Below, piece by piece: positions 54,455 through 63,691 of a stretch of 64,000 bases of DNA. Below the pieces are notes generated by a model. That model was not told where the DNA came from and ran no database searches. It saw nothing but the letters and a program-made list of their open reading frames with translations. Source of the stretch: a virus (Duplodnaviria; Caudoviricetes). The first letter of the stretch is position 1, and every line of letters begins with the position of its first letter. The position numbers and the translations under genes were made by a program. The stretch covers positions 32,001-96,000 of the IMG/VR virus record IMGVR_UViG_2617270876_000003; one strand, written 5' to 3'.

Positions 54455-55442
54455 CGTCACCAATTAGTGGGTATAAAGATTCAATAGTTTCAATGTTTAG
54501 GAAGTCTGTTGTTAAGCGATTTACTCCTTTATAATCAATGTCAAACTTTCTACATACTTTCATTAGCTCTGTGCGTTCAAACTTGCCACTCTCACGATAA
54601 AGCTCATTTGCGTACTTCAACATACCCGATTTTCTGATATTAATTGGTGTTAAGTATGGGTAATCGAACCATTTGGCTATTTTTTTTATTCGTCTTGAGA
54701 CCAAGTTCGGTGGAGCATTATCTATATATTTTACATTTAATGCAACTGGTCTAAATACATAAGGAGACTCAATTAACTCTGCATCTCTAGCTTTAATAAA
54801 AACACTTTCGTTTCCGTTTGACTTATAATACACGGTTTGATGTGCAGCACTATATAGTAAGTTCATTAATTTTTGACTTATTTCTATTTCCCTTGTTTCC
54901 AGTGGCCCTTCTGCTGGTTTATTGCGAAGCGTAATATAACCATTTCCCCGGTCTACATCTTTCTCTAAGATATTTAATATTTCTGAGTATGCTCTTCCCA
55001 TTATCCCCTCGAATAAACACTGTATCAATGCAGAGTCTTGGGGATTGACAATGCGCCCAATAAACGAATTAATTTCTTCATCCGAAAACAAATATTTATT
55101 ACTTGTATCCACATAACTTTGTATTAATTCATCAGTTAGAGCTGCATCTAAAGGATTTATATTGTCAGCCCTAAGGTCTTCTTTAATTGCCCATCTTATA
55201 TATCTTCTAATTGTTAGTATCTGTGATTTACTTGACAAAAAAGTTGTTGGTGAAAGTAATTTCATTAACTGCCCAATTTCATACAAATTAAAATTAAATA
55301 AATCTTTGTTTAATTGCTCTTCTAAATAAGAGGCTCTTTTCAATACCCTAGAATAAGTATTGTATGTAGATTCCTCTAATCCCTTTAGATATCGATCTTT
55401 CTGGGGTTTATTAAAAAATTTATCTTCATATATTTTATTCAT
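54438..55442 (-). CDS. tyrosine-recombinase-fold repressor, YopR/MrpR-like
   Basis: EEQLNKDLFNF, YIRWAI, NPQD.ALI..LFEG..G...SEILN, INIRKSGM with degenerate catalytic motifs; ATGA-coupled to yopQ-like gene. Confidence 0.8.
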   Translation of the reverse strand: MNKIYEDKFFNKPQKDRYLKGLEESTYNTYSRVLKRASYLEEQLNKDLFNFNLYEIGQLMKLLSPTTFLSSKSQILTIRRYIRWAIKEDLRADNINPLDAALTDELIQSYVDTSNKYLFSDEEINSFIGRIVNPQDSALIQCLFEGIMGRAYSEILNILEKDVDRGNGYITLRNKPAEGPLETREIEISQKLMNLLYSAAHQTVYYKSNGNESVFIKARDAELIESPYVFRPVALNVKYIDNAPPNLVSRRIKKIAKWFDYPYLTPINIRKSGMLKYANELYRESGKFERTELMKVCRKFDIDYKGVNRLTTDFLNIETIESLYPLIGDEETGE

Positions 55443-56764
55443 TTTTTCTCCCCGCTTTCAACAAGAGCGTTGAAATATTTTAATACCTTTTTTCTTAAGG
55501 CTGATGAATTAATACCTCTTTTAGTATCACTAAGCAATCCATTTAGCTCTTCATCTTTTAAATTTAAGTTTTCAACATAGTTCTTTAATTCTTTTAATTC
55601 AATATTGTTGTCTTGAAAATACTTGGCAATTACAGTATATCCAATAAACATCAAAGGATGATTAATATTTGTGTCTTTGTATTTTTGAGGGCTTAATAAA
55701 AACTGGTCAACAAAACTTCCCGTCAGATAATCATAAAATTTAATCAGATATGTCGCCACTTCTCTTGCTTCAAGATTACTTTTTGGCTTAAATACATTTT
55801 CAATAGCATAAGACATTATATCAAATGTTGTAAGTTGCCCTGCAATTTCTGAAATTTTTGGCGATGATGCAATTTTTCCTTTTAGGTCTGACTTTTGTTG
55901 AAGTTCCTGTACAACAATGTCTTCTTTTCCTTCTGAAATCAATTCTTTTCTTCTTTGTTCCGGCACAACATTTATCGTATTTATTTGACCAAAAAATCTT
56001 TTTGCTGTTTCATCATTATAAACCCTAATCGACAAACCCATCATTTGAGGAAGTTCTGAATTAATTGATATAGCTCTAATCCCACCTTGAAGTCGATGAA
56101 ATCCATCAAGAATCGAAATTATCACATTTTCATTTATTATAAGTGTTTTCGCTTCCTCATTATATTCTACTGGATTATCACTATCTGAATATATATTTAA
56201 TGTTATGGTATCGTCCAAATAATTTTCTTTTAACATCTCTCTGGAAATGTCTTCAACACTTGATGGATTAATATCTGGTACCTGTACAATCCCATCTCTT
56301 CCTGCTATATATTTTGCGCTTCGTTGAGTTTCGAATTTATAAATAATTAATTGTGAATGAAACATTTGCACTAAATAAGACATCTCAACCTTGGTCAAGT
56401 AACTATTCTGTGTCACTCTTATTACATCATTAAATGCAATTGGCAAATATATTCGGTTTTCTTTTGTGTAAAGTGATCTAGCGTGTTTTTTAGATGTTTC
56501 AATCTCATTCTCAGTAAACCACTCCTTAGGATCTACATCCTTATAACCTGTAATTTGGTAAATTCCATCTGTTAATAAACAAAGAACAGGAGACTCAATT
56601 AAAGATACTTGTTGTATACCTTTAACGATATCTTCAAATGTTCCCAGTGGAATTCCATACTCCAAAAGATAACTACTTATATTGAATATTTTCTTTCTCG
56701 ATTTTTTTACTTCCCTTATTCTTTCTTGAATATGCAATTCAAGTTCTTCCCGATCTTTTAACAT
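55439..56764 (-). CDS. DGQHR/DndB (ParB-like) domain protein, YopQ-like
   Basis: ETQR, ILDGFHR, FFGQIN; directly upstream of yopR-like gene. Confidence 0.78.
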   Translation of the reverse strand: MLKDREELELHIQERIREVKKSRKKIFNISSYLLEYGIPLGTFEDIVKGIQQVSLIESPVLCLLTDGIYQITGYKDVDPKEWFTENEIETSKKHARSLYTKENRIYLPIAFNDVIRVTQNSYLTKVEMSYLVQMFHSQLIIYKFETQRSAKYIAGRDGIVQVPDINPSSVEDISREMLKENYLDDTITLNIYSDSDNPVEYNEEAKTLIINENVIISILDGFHRLQGGIRAISINSELPQMMGLSIRVYNDETAKRFFGQINTINVVPEQRRKELISEGKEDIVVQELQQKSDLKGKIASSPKISEIAGQLTTFDIMSYAIENVFKPKSNLEAREVATYLIKFYDYLTGSFVDQFLLSPQKYKDTNINHPLMFIGYTVIAKYFQDNNIELKELKNYVENLNLKDEELNGLLSDTKRGINSSALRKKVLKYFNALVESGEKK

Positions 56765-56818
56765 ATTTTCACTCCTTCTTTATTTAAATTATAACACAAA
56801 AATAAACTATGTTATAAT

Positions 56819-57610
56819 TTAAATGATTTTTCCCTTAAATATAGTTAACAAATTTTTTTGATTTAAACTTGTGTAAATTATTTTTTGACTAATATCTATC
56901 AAGGTATGTCTGTCCATATTTCTAATATTATCAACTATTTTTTGTCTATATATTTTAAAGCATTGATCGCAATATATTTCACTTTCATCATTTGGTGTGA
57001 ATTGCCTAAAACAATTGTGTTCAGCACACACTTTATCTTTAACACTCACAGATGTCCCATATGGCCTGTATCCAGCTTTCTTCATTGCTTCTGTCCAAGA
57101 CACCCCTAATGTACTTAAAGCGTCTCTAGATGGCTTTAATTTGTTCTGCTTGTATTCATCGCTAGTTGGTATGTACCCAAGTTGTTTAATTGTATTTTTC
57201 AACTCTCTAACAGCATCATCCACTGACAAGTACTTACTATTCGCTAATTTAACATTTGCTACTTTGGCTATTTCATCCCAACCATAATGCTTGCTAATAT
57301 AGTCACTGCTGGGAGTTAAACTTGGCTTATAATTATCATATAATGTCTTTGATACTTCTCCGCGTTCAAGGTTTATGATCTTAAAGTTACTTATTGCTTT
57401 AATCCTATTCTCCTTTTTTAAAAACTCATCTTTGTTGTCTATCTCGCACAAATTTAACAACTCGGAGAACTCAATATTTAAGTTCTTTTTTAGTATTTCC
57501 CAACTTGGCAAATCTCCTCTATGCTTATCATAAAGCATTGTTGTTAAATATCCACCAGCTTGATTTGCAGCATATTGTATTTTCTTTATTACTACTTTGT
57601 CTAACTTCAT
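56819..57610 (-). CDS. homing-endonuclease-associated repeat protein
   Basis: Three repeats of type LGYIPTSDEY...PS...SWTEAMKKAG plus C..C...YCDQC. Confidence 0.7.
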   Translation of the reverse strand: MKLDKVVIKKIQYAANQAGGYLTTMLYDKHRGDLPSWEILKKNLNIEFSELLNLCEIDNKDEFLKKENRIKAISNFKIINLERGEVSKTLYDNYKPSLTPSSDYISKHYGWDEIAKVANVKLANSKYLSVDDAVRELKNTIKQLGYIPTSDEYKQNKLKPSRDALSTLGVSWTEAMKKAGYRPYGTSVSVKDKVCAEHNCFRQFTPNDESEIYCDQCFKIYRQKIVDNIRNMDRHTLIDISQKIIYTSLNQKNLLTIFKGKII

Positions 57611-58101
57611 GACTGCTCCTCTTCATTATTAGAATAGTAATAAGCCTTACCTTTATTAGTATTAATCATTCCCAATTGTTCCTGAAGATAAACTTTCGAT
57701 TTACACTTAGTACAGATAGTTTCAGGCATCTTATAGATCAAATCGGTTGTATATTGTGTACTACATTTTTTACATTCGACTCTTGCAACAATCTGTTTTA
57801 CTTCATATGCTTCTAATAATTCTTTACTCTCTAGTATCTCTTTTGGTTGGATAACTTCTAGTTGTCTACGTTGTTCTGAATATACATTATGTACTTTATA
57901 GTCAGCTACGCAGTTTGGATTTAGTCCAAAATGCTCATCCCCAACATAGGTCACAAACCTAGTTCCAATTTTAAAACAATCAATCCACTCTTTTATCTGT
58001 ACAAGAGATAGGTTTACCGTACCTTTAATACCACTATTAAGTGTGTAAGTCATTGTATATAATGTATCCACTTCAATCAATTTATCACCTCCAATTCTCA
58101 C
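57607..58101 (-). CDS. hypothetical protein with C-terminal Zn ribbon
   Basis: CKKC...CTKC. Confidence 0.6.
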   Translation of the reverse strand: MRIGGDKLIEVDTLYTMTYTLNSGIKGTVNLSLVQIKEWIDCFKIGTRFVTYVGDEHFGLNPNCVADYKVHNVYSEQRRQLEVIQPKEILESKELLEAYEVKQIVARVECKKCSTQYTTDLIYKMPETICTKCKSKVYLQEQLGMINTNKGKAYYYSNNEEEQS

Positions 58102-58260
58102 ATTACTATAATTACAATAAATTGCAAGACTTTTTCGTGCTCCAGATTCTAGTTGTTAAAAGACAAAAAGACCCCACATATTATTTTCAATATGTATAGG
58201 ATCTTTAATCTAATAATTTATTGCTATGCAGTTGTTGTGAAATGCCAATTTTATATATTT

Positions 58261-59616
58261 TTAAATTGCATTACCGAGTCCACGAATTTCATTTAATTCC
58301 TGTATAGTGTATCGCTTTCCCTCAATACCAAGATAATATTCTTCATCCTTTATTACCTTAGCTTCTTCATAATCCTCGATGGCGTATTTCTTCACTTCAT
58401 CAATAAAAATGCTTAATTTATAAACCAATACTCGATTTTTTTCAATATCTACTATATCAACTTCATCCCTTATGTGTGATTCATCATGAATTCTAAAACT
58501 TAATTTACGTTCAAAGTATTGGAATCTATCATTTACTAATTCTAAAACTATTTCCTTTGAGTTGTTACTGTAGATATTACTTATTTTTAACAAATTCTTC
58601 ATATTAAGCACTGCTTTGGGCTTGCTATCTAATAGCAAATGACCAAAATAATCAACAATTTTTTTGAATGGGCAGCTAATCCATATGCCACCTGCATACA
58701 CATTTAAACTCATAATGAATTCTTCGGCATCGTAATTAATGTCTTCAACGTCTAGTTCTAGTGTTTGTAGCATTGAAACAATCTCTGGTTCAATCCGTTT
58801 TATAAAACTTTTCTCATGAATGAATTCTATTGTGCTAAAATCTATGTACCCTGTTTCTTTTAATTGCTTTATCACAGTATCCTTTTTATTTCTATCAAGC
58901 CATCTAATTATATTTTTAGTTGCTACAAATTTGCTATTTTTATGAGTAGTCTCAAACTGATTCATTTCCTCAACAAACCCATGATATCTTTTGAACATTT
59001 TCCCAATCACTTCGAATGTCGAATCGTTATATTTAAGATTTAGAAACCCTTCATATTTTTCTTTTATTTGATCTCTTAATTGTAAATATGGTATCCGAAT
59101 TGAATTTGGTATTAAAATATCATAACTGTCTAATTTCCTTTCCCATGTTTCAATAATATTATCTATTCCATTAAAATGTTTATTAACATCTCCCATACGT
59201 TTAACTTTCCTGGCTTCTGAAACTAGTTGAGAACGTGTCTTGCCATATTGAAGACCCTCAAAATCAACAAACTCATTAATGCAATCACTACCAACATTCA
59301 AAGTAATTCCATTCACCTTATTTTTAATATAATGAATAAGTCTGTTGGGAGTACCACACAATGCACAACGGATACGTTTATCTCCTAAATCTTCAACAGG
59401 ATAAAGTAGATCCTCGTTCCCTTTCCATTCTTCACCAGCTTGTTTGATAATAAAAGGTGCTACATTAATAAAATCGCTGTGATATTCATCCCCAACGTCA
59501 CTTGCAATAAGTTTCGTATTCTTTTTCAGTAGTTGGAAAAGCCAAGGAAATTCTTGAGTAACAGCACTATTGAGCAACAAATTTCGTTGTTTCTTACTGA
59601 TCTTTAATTCACTCAA
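58261..59616 (-). CDS. 451-aa accessory protein with Zn-binding motif
   Basis: CALCG...H.I.N..NG..LNVGSDCI; bracketed by palindromes at 58237 and 59725. Confidence 0.65.
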   Translation of the reverse strand: MSELKISKKQRNLLLNSAVTQEFPWLFQLLKKNTKLIASDVGDEYHSDFINVAPFIIKQAGEEWKGNEDLLYPVEDLGDKRIRCALCGTPNRLIHYIKNKVNGITLNVGSDCINEFVDFEGLQYGKTRSQLVSEARKVKRMGDVNKHFNGIDNIIETWERKLDSYDILIPNSIRIPYLQLRDQIKEKYEGFLNLKYNDSTFEVIGKMFKRYHGFVEEMNQFETTHKNSKFVATKNIIRWLDRNKKDTVIKQLKETGYIDFSTIEFIHEKSFIKRIEPEIVSMLQTLELDVEDINYDAEEFIMSLNVYAGGIWISCPFKKIVDYFGHLLLDSKPKAVLNMKNLLKISNIYSNNSKEIVLELVNDRFQYFERKLSFRIHDESHIRDEVDIVDIEKNRVLVYKLSIFIDEVKKYAIEDYEEAKVIKDEEYYLGIEGKRYTIQELNEIRGLGNAI

Positions 59617-59742
59617 AAAAAAGTCCTCCTAAACAAAATAAGAATATATGTTTGTAAGAATATTTTACCATAACTAACTCAATAGTACAAACCAATTACC
59701 CATTTTTTGTGATTCGAAATACTCATAAAAACGATATTTCAA

Positions 59743-60270
59743 TCAAAATTCTACTCGTTTTCTTGCTACAAAATGTTCTACTTTATTAATTTTATCTAGA
59801 GTTATTCTACCTGTAACTCCCTGTAACCACTCGCCTGTTCCACTCCAGTTTGAATTAATATTTCTATTCAAATCAAATATTCTTTCCCAACTTTCTTCTT
59901 TGGTTATGCTTAGTTCTCCTCTGTAAAACGCTTCGTATTCATCTTCACTATCTGCGTTAAACGAATCGTTTAATACCATATGCCAGTTCTCAAAATCCGA
60001 AATAAGAACATCTTTTTCGTCTAATTCAACAGTTAACCTTACACATTTGGTCCCACTCTCAAAATGACTTGTAGACCTCATATCTGGCTTTTTGAGCCAC
60101 AACCACACTGGGTACTCTCCATTGTATTCAGGAAGTCTCAAAGCCATCTGCTGCATCATCCATTTATATTCTTCTGGATATAGAGCATACTCTTCTGAAC
60201 CTTCAATATACCCCAATTTTTTGAATTCATTCCAAACTTCTTCGGTTTTAAGTGTCCAATATTTTGTCAT
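59743..60270 (-). CDS. DUF3841-family protein
   Basis: YKWMMQQM, YPVWLW, KPDMR, VLISDF..WH.VLN, SWERIFD. Confidence 0.8.
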   Translation of the reverse strand: MTKYWTLKTEEVWNEFKKLGYIEGSEEYALYPEEYKWMMQQMALRLPEYNGEYPVWLWLKKPDMRSTSHFESGTKCVRLTVELDEKDVLISDFENWHMVLNDSFNADSEDEYEAFYRGELSITKEESWERIFDLNRNINSNWSGTGEWLQGVTGRITLDKINKVEHFVARKRVEF

Positions 60271-61165
60271 CTATGCATATTCCTTCGAAATGTTGTTTTT
60301 ATTATAATCCCAGTTTTTCAAATCTTTCTTCCGCCTCAGTTTTAGGTTTAATTGGTACACCTCTAGAAGTATCCCATCCAAGCGTAAACACCGTACTTTG
60401 ATGTCTCTCAACGGGATGCCCGTAGTCAGTTGTGTGAATATTTAAAAGTACCCACCCTGCTTATAGGAAAAGATTAATTTTTTCTGTATTATTGTCTTGA
60501 TAAATCTCTATATACTTTTCTAAATTTATACGAACAATTTCTTTGTCATACATTATTATCATTCCTCTCTATCAAATCATCGCTTTATGATTTTTCTTTG
60601 TTCTTTTTTAACATCATAGCCAATGCTCTGTTCCGATACTTTTTTCTATAACAATTGTATGACCATCAATAAAAGTCAATTTTCCTGTCATTAGAACAAA
60701 ATTATCAACTTTTTCAGGATTGACTCTATAGCGTCCTAAGTCCACATAATTTTGATTCTTCGCAATTTCCTCCATGTCATAATCCTTAAGTGGATAAAAA
60801 GTTTCTCCTTTGGCTGTATGGATTATTACGTCTCTATTGATTTCTGGTTTGTCGTTCATGGCTCCAATCTTCCTTTCTTTTAAAACCGTTATTTCAAAGA
60901 TATTTTATCGATCTTAGCCTTACACTCCAGCCATGTTTCAAGCAGCCAATCCTCTACCTCTCGACCTCTATATGCCTTAATATCCTTCTCGCCACTCTTT
61001 GAAAATATAATTGTTCCGTCACCAACAAAGGTGGAAGCCCATCCATTATAGGGAAAGTTCTTGATTACATGATAATTAATTTCTTCATTGGTGATTAAAT
61101 CTCGCTTCGCAATAATATCATTGAAATCACTCATCTTAATATCAACTCCTTATAAAATAGTCCTT

Positions 61166-62194
61166 TTACAAATTCAATTGAAGCAGTGTGTTCAAAACGA
61201 GTTTATCAGGTCTCAGATAATTCTTATAGTATTCATGATTACTTTTCTTGATTTCCATTAATAGTTCTTTATCTTTGTAAAGTTTCCTCACTTGTTCTAC
61301 ACACTCTAAAGGGTTGTTAAACTCTAGATAATGCTGATTATTATAAAAACTTGGAACATAATAATATAACTTCTCTGCAACAATTGCTTTGCTGGCAGCA
61401 ACATATTCAGCAAGCTTCCAGCCGTTAGATTTATGAAGTCCGATAGTTGATATGCATATATCGGAATCTCTAACTAGTCTTATATAATTTTCTTTTTTTG
61501 TAGCTGAATCATCTAATACACAATCTGAATATAGTTCTAAGGCTTCTTTTCGTGTTGAAAATCCACCAGTAAAGTCTTCACCAAACTCCTTGCGTAGCAT
61601 CCGAATACATGTGGCTCTTGTATCATTAATATGTCTGAATTCGTCTTGTTCTAAGCCTGGAGCTTCATCGATTCCCCACGTTCTAGCCATAAATAGAATC
61701 CTTGGCTTATTAATTGGCTCCTTTGGATCATGTTCGAATCTATCTACATAAAACTGTTGATGATAATTCTTGCCCATTGCCTCTTTTATGCACCAATTCA
61801 TACGTTCGCTAAAATTTTTATATGTTTTATCCATAATATTGTTCTTGGTTGTTACAAAATAATTTAATCCAAGTGGACGAACTTTCTTAGCAAAGTCATA
61901 ATGTGAGTGTTCATTTTCATTAAAACTTCTTTTAAAAACAAAATTGGAACGCTCAATAACTTTTTGAACTCTATCTAAATCAAAATGATAACCGTCTGCC
62001 ATATCATAAGCAATTCTTATGCTCCCATTAACTACAACTTCTATAATAGACAAAATACAAGAGTCAGATATCTCAACATCGAGATTTATTAACCTCTGAT
62101 CAGCAAGCATTTTGTAACCTGTAATAATTTGATGTAAGTGACCTTCTGTTCGTCTAGGATGTGGAGTGTATAATCTGCAACTGTACTTTGTCAT
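61166..62194 (-). CDS. GT-B fold glycosyltransferase-like protein
   Basis: YI.LVRDSDICIST.G....GWKLAEYVAASKAIV C-terminal GT pattern. Confidence 0.7.
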   Translation of the reverse strand: MTKYSCRLYTPHPRRTEGHLHQIITGYKMLADQRLINLDVEISDSCILSIIEVVVNGSIRIAYDMADGYHFDLDRVQKVIERSNFVFKRSFNENEHSHYDFAKKVRPLGLNYFVTTKNNIMDKTYKNFSERMNWCIKEAMGKNYHQQFYVDRFEHDPKEPINKPRILFMARTWGIDEAPGLEQDEFRHINDTRATCIRMLRKEFGEDFTGGFSTRKEALELYSDCVLDDSATKKENYIRLVRDSDICISTIGLHKSNGWKLAEYVAASKAIVAEKLYYYVPSFYNNQHYLEFNNPLECVEQVRKLYKDKELLMEIKKSNHEYYKNYLRPDKLVLNTLLQLNL

Positions 62195-62743
62195 ATACTT
62201 GCTCCTTTTTTTAATAGATTCAAATGTTTACCACACAATTATATCCTAATTTATGTATAAACACAGATTGTTTTTACAGGATTATTATATCAAAAATCAA
62301 TATTATTATCTATTTATTTTTACTCTATAAATGAAAAACTGCCTTATTTTATTGGCAGTCCGTTTTCATCGTATTTAATTTTATAGACCCAGTTTAAATG
62401 AGTGTCATAAATACGATAGTTGTTCACTAAAAAACTAGAAAGTTGAAATGGATCATCTACAGACAGACATGTTCGTTCCCATCGTTCAACATTCGTTTCT
62501 TCGTTATATTCAATCAAATGTTCTAGTACAAATCTTTTCATATTGTCACCTACTGCAATAATTATCCTTTTTAATTTTATAAAATCTGTTATTATAGTTC
62601 TATATGCATAATTGTACAGCAAATACTCCCTTTGATTGTCATGGGGAGTGTTTCGTATGCCCAAAAAATGAAACGTTTAGCGTTTCACCTATAATATACA
62701 TCTATGTATAATCCATGTCAATACTCGTTTTGGAGGAGAAATA

Positions 62744-62977
62744 ATGTCATCAGTCGAAATATTACTAAACGACATACTTGATCGAAAAGACATCTCAAGA
62801 CGAGAATTATCTCGTAGAACAAAGATTAGACAAAGTACAATCAATGAAATGTGCAATAATACAATAAAAAGACTTCCATTAGAAAATATAGCCTTAATAT
62901 GTGATGAACTTGAGATTGAAATCCACGAACTATTACGTTTGAAAAAAATAGATTCAAACGTTAAAACTCCAGATTAA
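62744..62977 (+). CDS. XRE/Cro-C1 HTH regulator (YozG-like)
   Basis: ISRRELSRRTKIRQSTINEMCNN...ICDEL; GGAGG SD. Confidence 0.9.
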   Translation: MSSVEILLNDILDRKDISRRELSRRTKIRQSTINEMCNNTIKRLPLENIALICDELEIEIHELLRLKKIDSNVKTPD

Positions 62978-62990
62978 ATATTCTGGAGTT
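62963..62990. terminator. hairpin between convergent XRE and mazF genes
   Basis: AAACTCCAGA / TCTGGAGTTT 10-bp stem. Confidence 0.7.
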
Positions 62991-63021
62991 TATTTTTTGG
63001 ATTTTATGTACGTTTCTTCTG

Positions 63022-63501
63022 TTATCTAAAATTTGTTCTGTTGCTATAATATTTTTTATTCCCTAACATGCTAATCATCCACGCTTTTTCTAATTCATCA
63101 TGATACTCTTCAGGTATATGTGTCAACTTCCTATTACCAATTAGTTCTGTATCTTTACTTAGGGTGAATATTTGTTCGAATTGAATAATACTATCACGTT
63201 GAAAGCCAACATCTTCTGCTGAGATATGTACCTGTGTCGGTAATTTGTTTTTAGTTTTGCTACTTGTAATAGGAGCTACAATAACCACAGGAGATCTTTG
63301 ATTTCCAACATCATTGCTAATGACAAGGACTGGTCTTTTTCCACCTTGAACATGTCCATTTGATTCTCCTAAATCTGCAAACCACACATCATATTGTTTA
63401 ACATCTTTTAATTTATTTTTATTTTCATAAGTTAGTGTACTCATATTATTGCCTCCTAAAACATGTCTTATATGTACTGTAGCTACTACTTTATGTTTCA
63501 T
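63022..63501 (-). CDS. mazF: PemK/MazF (NdoA-like) endoribonuclease; alternative start at 63444
   Basis: DVWFADL, QGGKRPVLVISND.GN..SP.VIVAPITS, LPT.V, EQI.T..K. Confidence 0.9.
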   Translation of the reverse strand: MKHKVVATVHIRHVLGGNNMSTLTYENKNKLKDVKQYDVWFADLGESNGHVQGGKRPVLVISNDVGNQRSPVVIVAPITSSKTKNKLPTQVHISAEDVGFQRDSIIQFEQIFTLSKDTELIGNRKLTHIPEEYHDELEKAWMISMLGNKKYYSNRTNFR

Positions 63502-63550
63502 TCTTCCCTCTTATGTATTTAATTATACTTATCTTTTAAATTATCTCAAG

Positions 63551-63564
63551 GGAACATTTGTTCT
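63551..63564. promoter_or_regulatory. LexA box upstream of mazF
   Basis: gGAACatttGTTCt next to minus-strand TTGAGA-16-TATAAT at 63522-49. Confidence 0.75.
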
Positions 63565-63691
63565 AAATAATATTTAAATTTTGATATGTCAACCCCATTT
63601 CACAGGCTACGAATTTTCTTCCAGAATGTGAGAATAGTCTATTGACTTTTTGGATATATATGTTATTAAGACAAATTTAGGGGGGATTGAT

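Larger units (their letters stand above)
551..61169. repeat. Dispersed 18-bp gene-boundary palindrome ATRAAA-N6-TTTYAT (about 31 near-consensus copies plus degenerate ones)
   Basis: Copies start at 551, 913, 3510, 4100, 5018, 13757, 15705, 16818, 18398, 19053, 19767, 20553, 21783, 23252, 24949, 26226, 29524, 29907, 33394, 34583, 37999, 39475, 40447, 41932, 42626, 43332, 44284, 46045, 48284, 58237, 61152. Confidence 0.85.
7211..62328 (-). promoter_or_regulatory. Repeated 15-bp intergenic box (plus strand TTATTTTTACTTTAT), candidate operator or promoter UP element
   Basis: Exact copies at 7211, 18087, 27384, 34378, 37435, 51881; variants at 7552, 37141, 47776, 62314; several lie just upstream of sigmaA -35 elements on the minus strand. 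Confidence 0.65.

Noticed and set aside
54438-55442. Active prophage integrase
   Set aside because: Catalytic Arg and HxxR positions look degenerate (EGIMG, NIRKSG) and context matches the YopR/MrpR repressor; residual activity is not excluded
13858-56764. Dnd phosphorothioation system from the DndB-like and PAPS-reductase-like genes
   Set aside because: Genes are 40 kb apart, no dndD/dndE or cysteine desulfurase seen, and the DGQHR gene sits in the usual yopQ position
58261-59616. AimR-like arbitrium receptor
   Set aside because: No N-terminal HTH/TPR pattern recognised and no downstream aimP-like signal peptide ORF
59641-59654. LexA box upstream of gene 58261..59616 (aGAATatatGTTTg)
   Set aside because: Two mismatches to the core in AT-rich DNA; too weak to call
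130-60307. Most plus-strand ORFs in the supplied track (e.g. 2686..3156, 13081..13587, 28651..29154, 40270..40800)
   Set aside because: Antisense shadows of well-supported minus-strand genes; Ser/Phe/Leu-rich with no SD or motifs
551-61169. Palindrome array as a CRISPR array, terminators or dif sites
   Set aside because: Spacing is gene-sized and irregular and no cas genes are present; six A/T-rich pairs are too weak for terminators; arms do not match the B. subtilis dif sequence
62744-62977. Antitoxin for the adjacent MazF
   Set aside because: Convergent orientation, separated by a terminator, and XRE family rather than MazE/RHH
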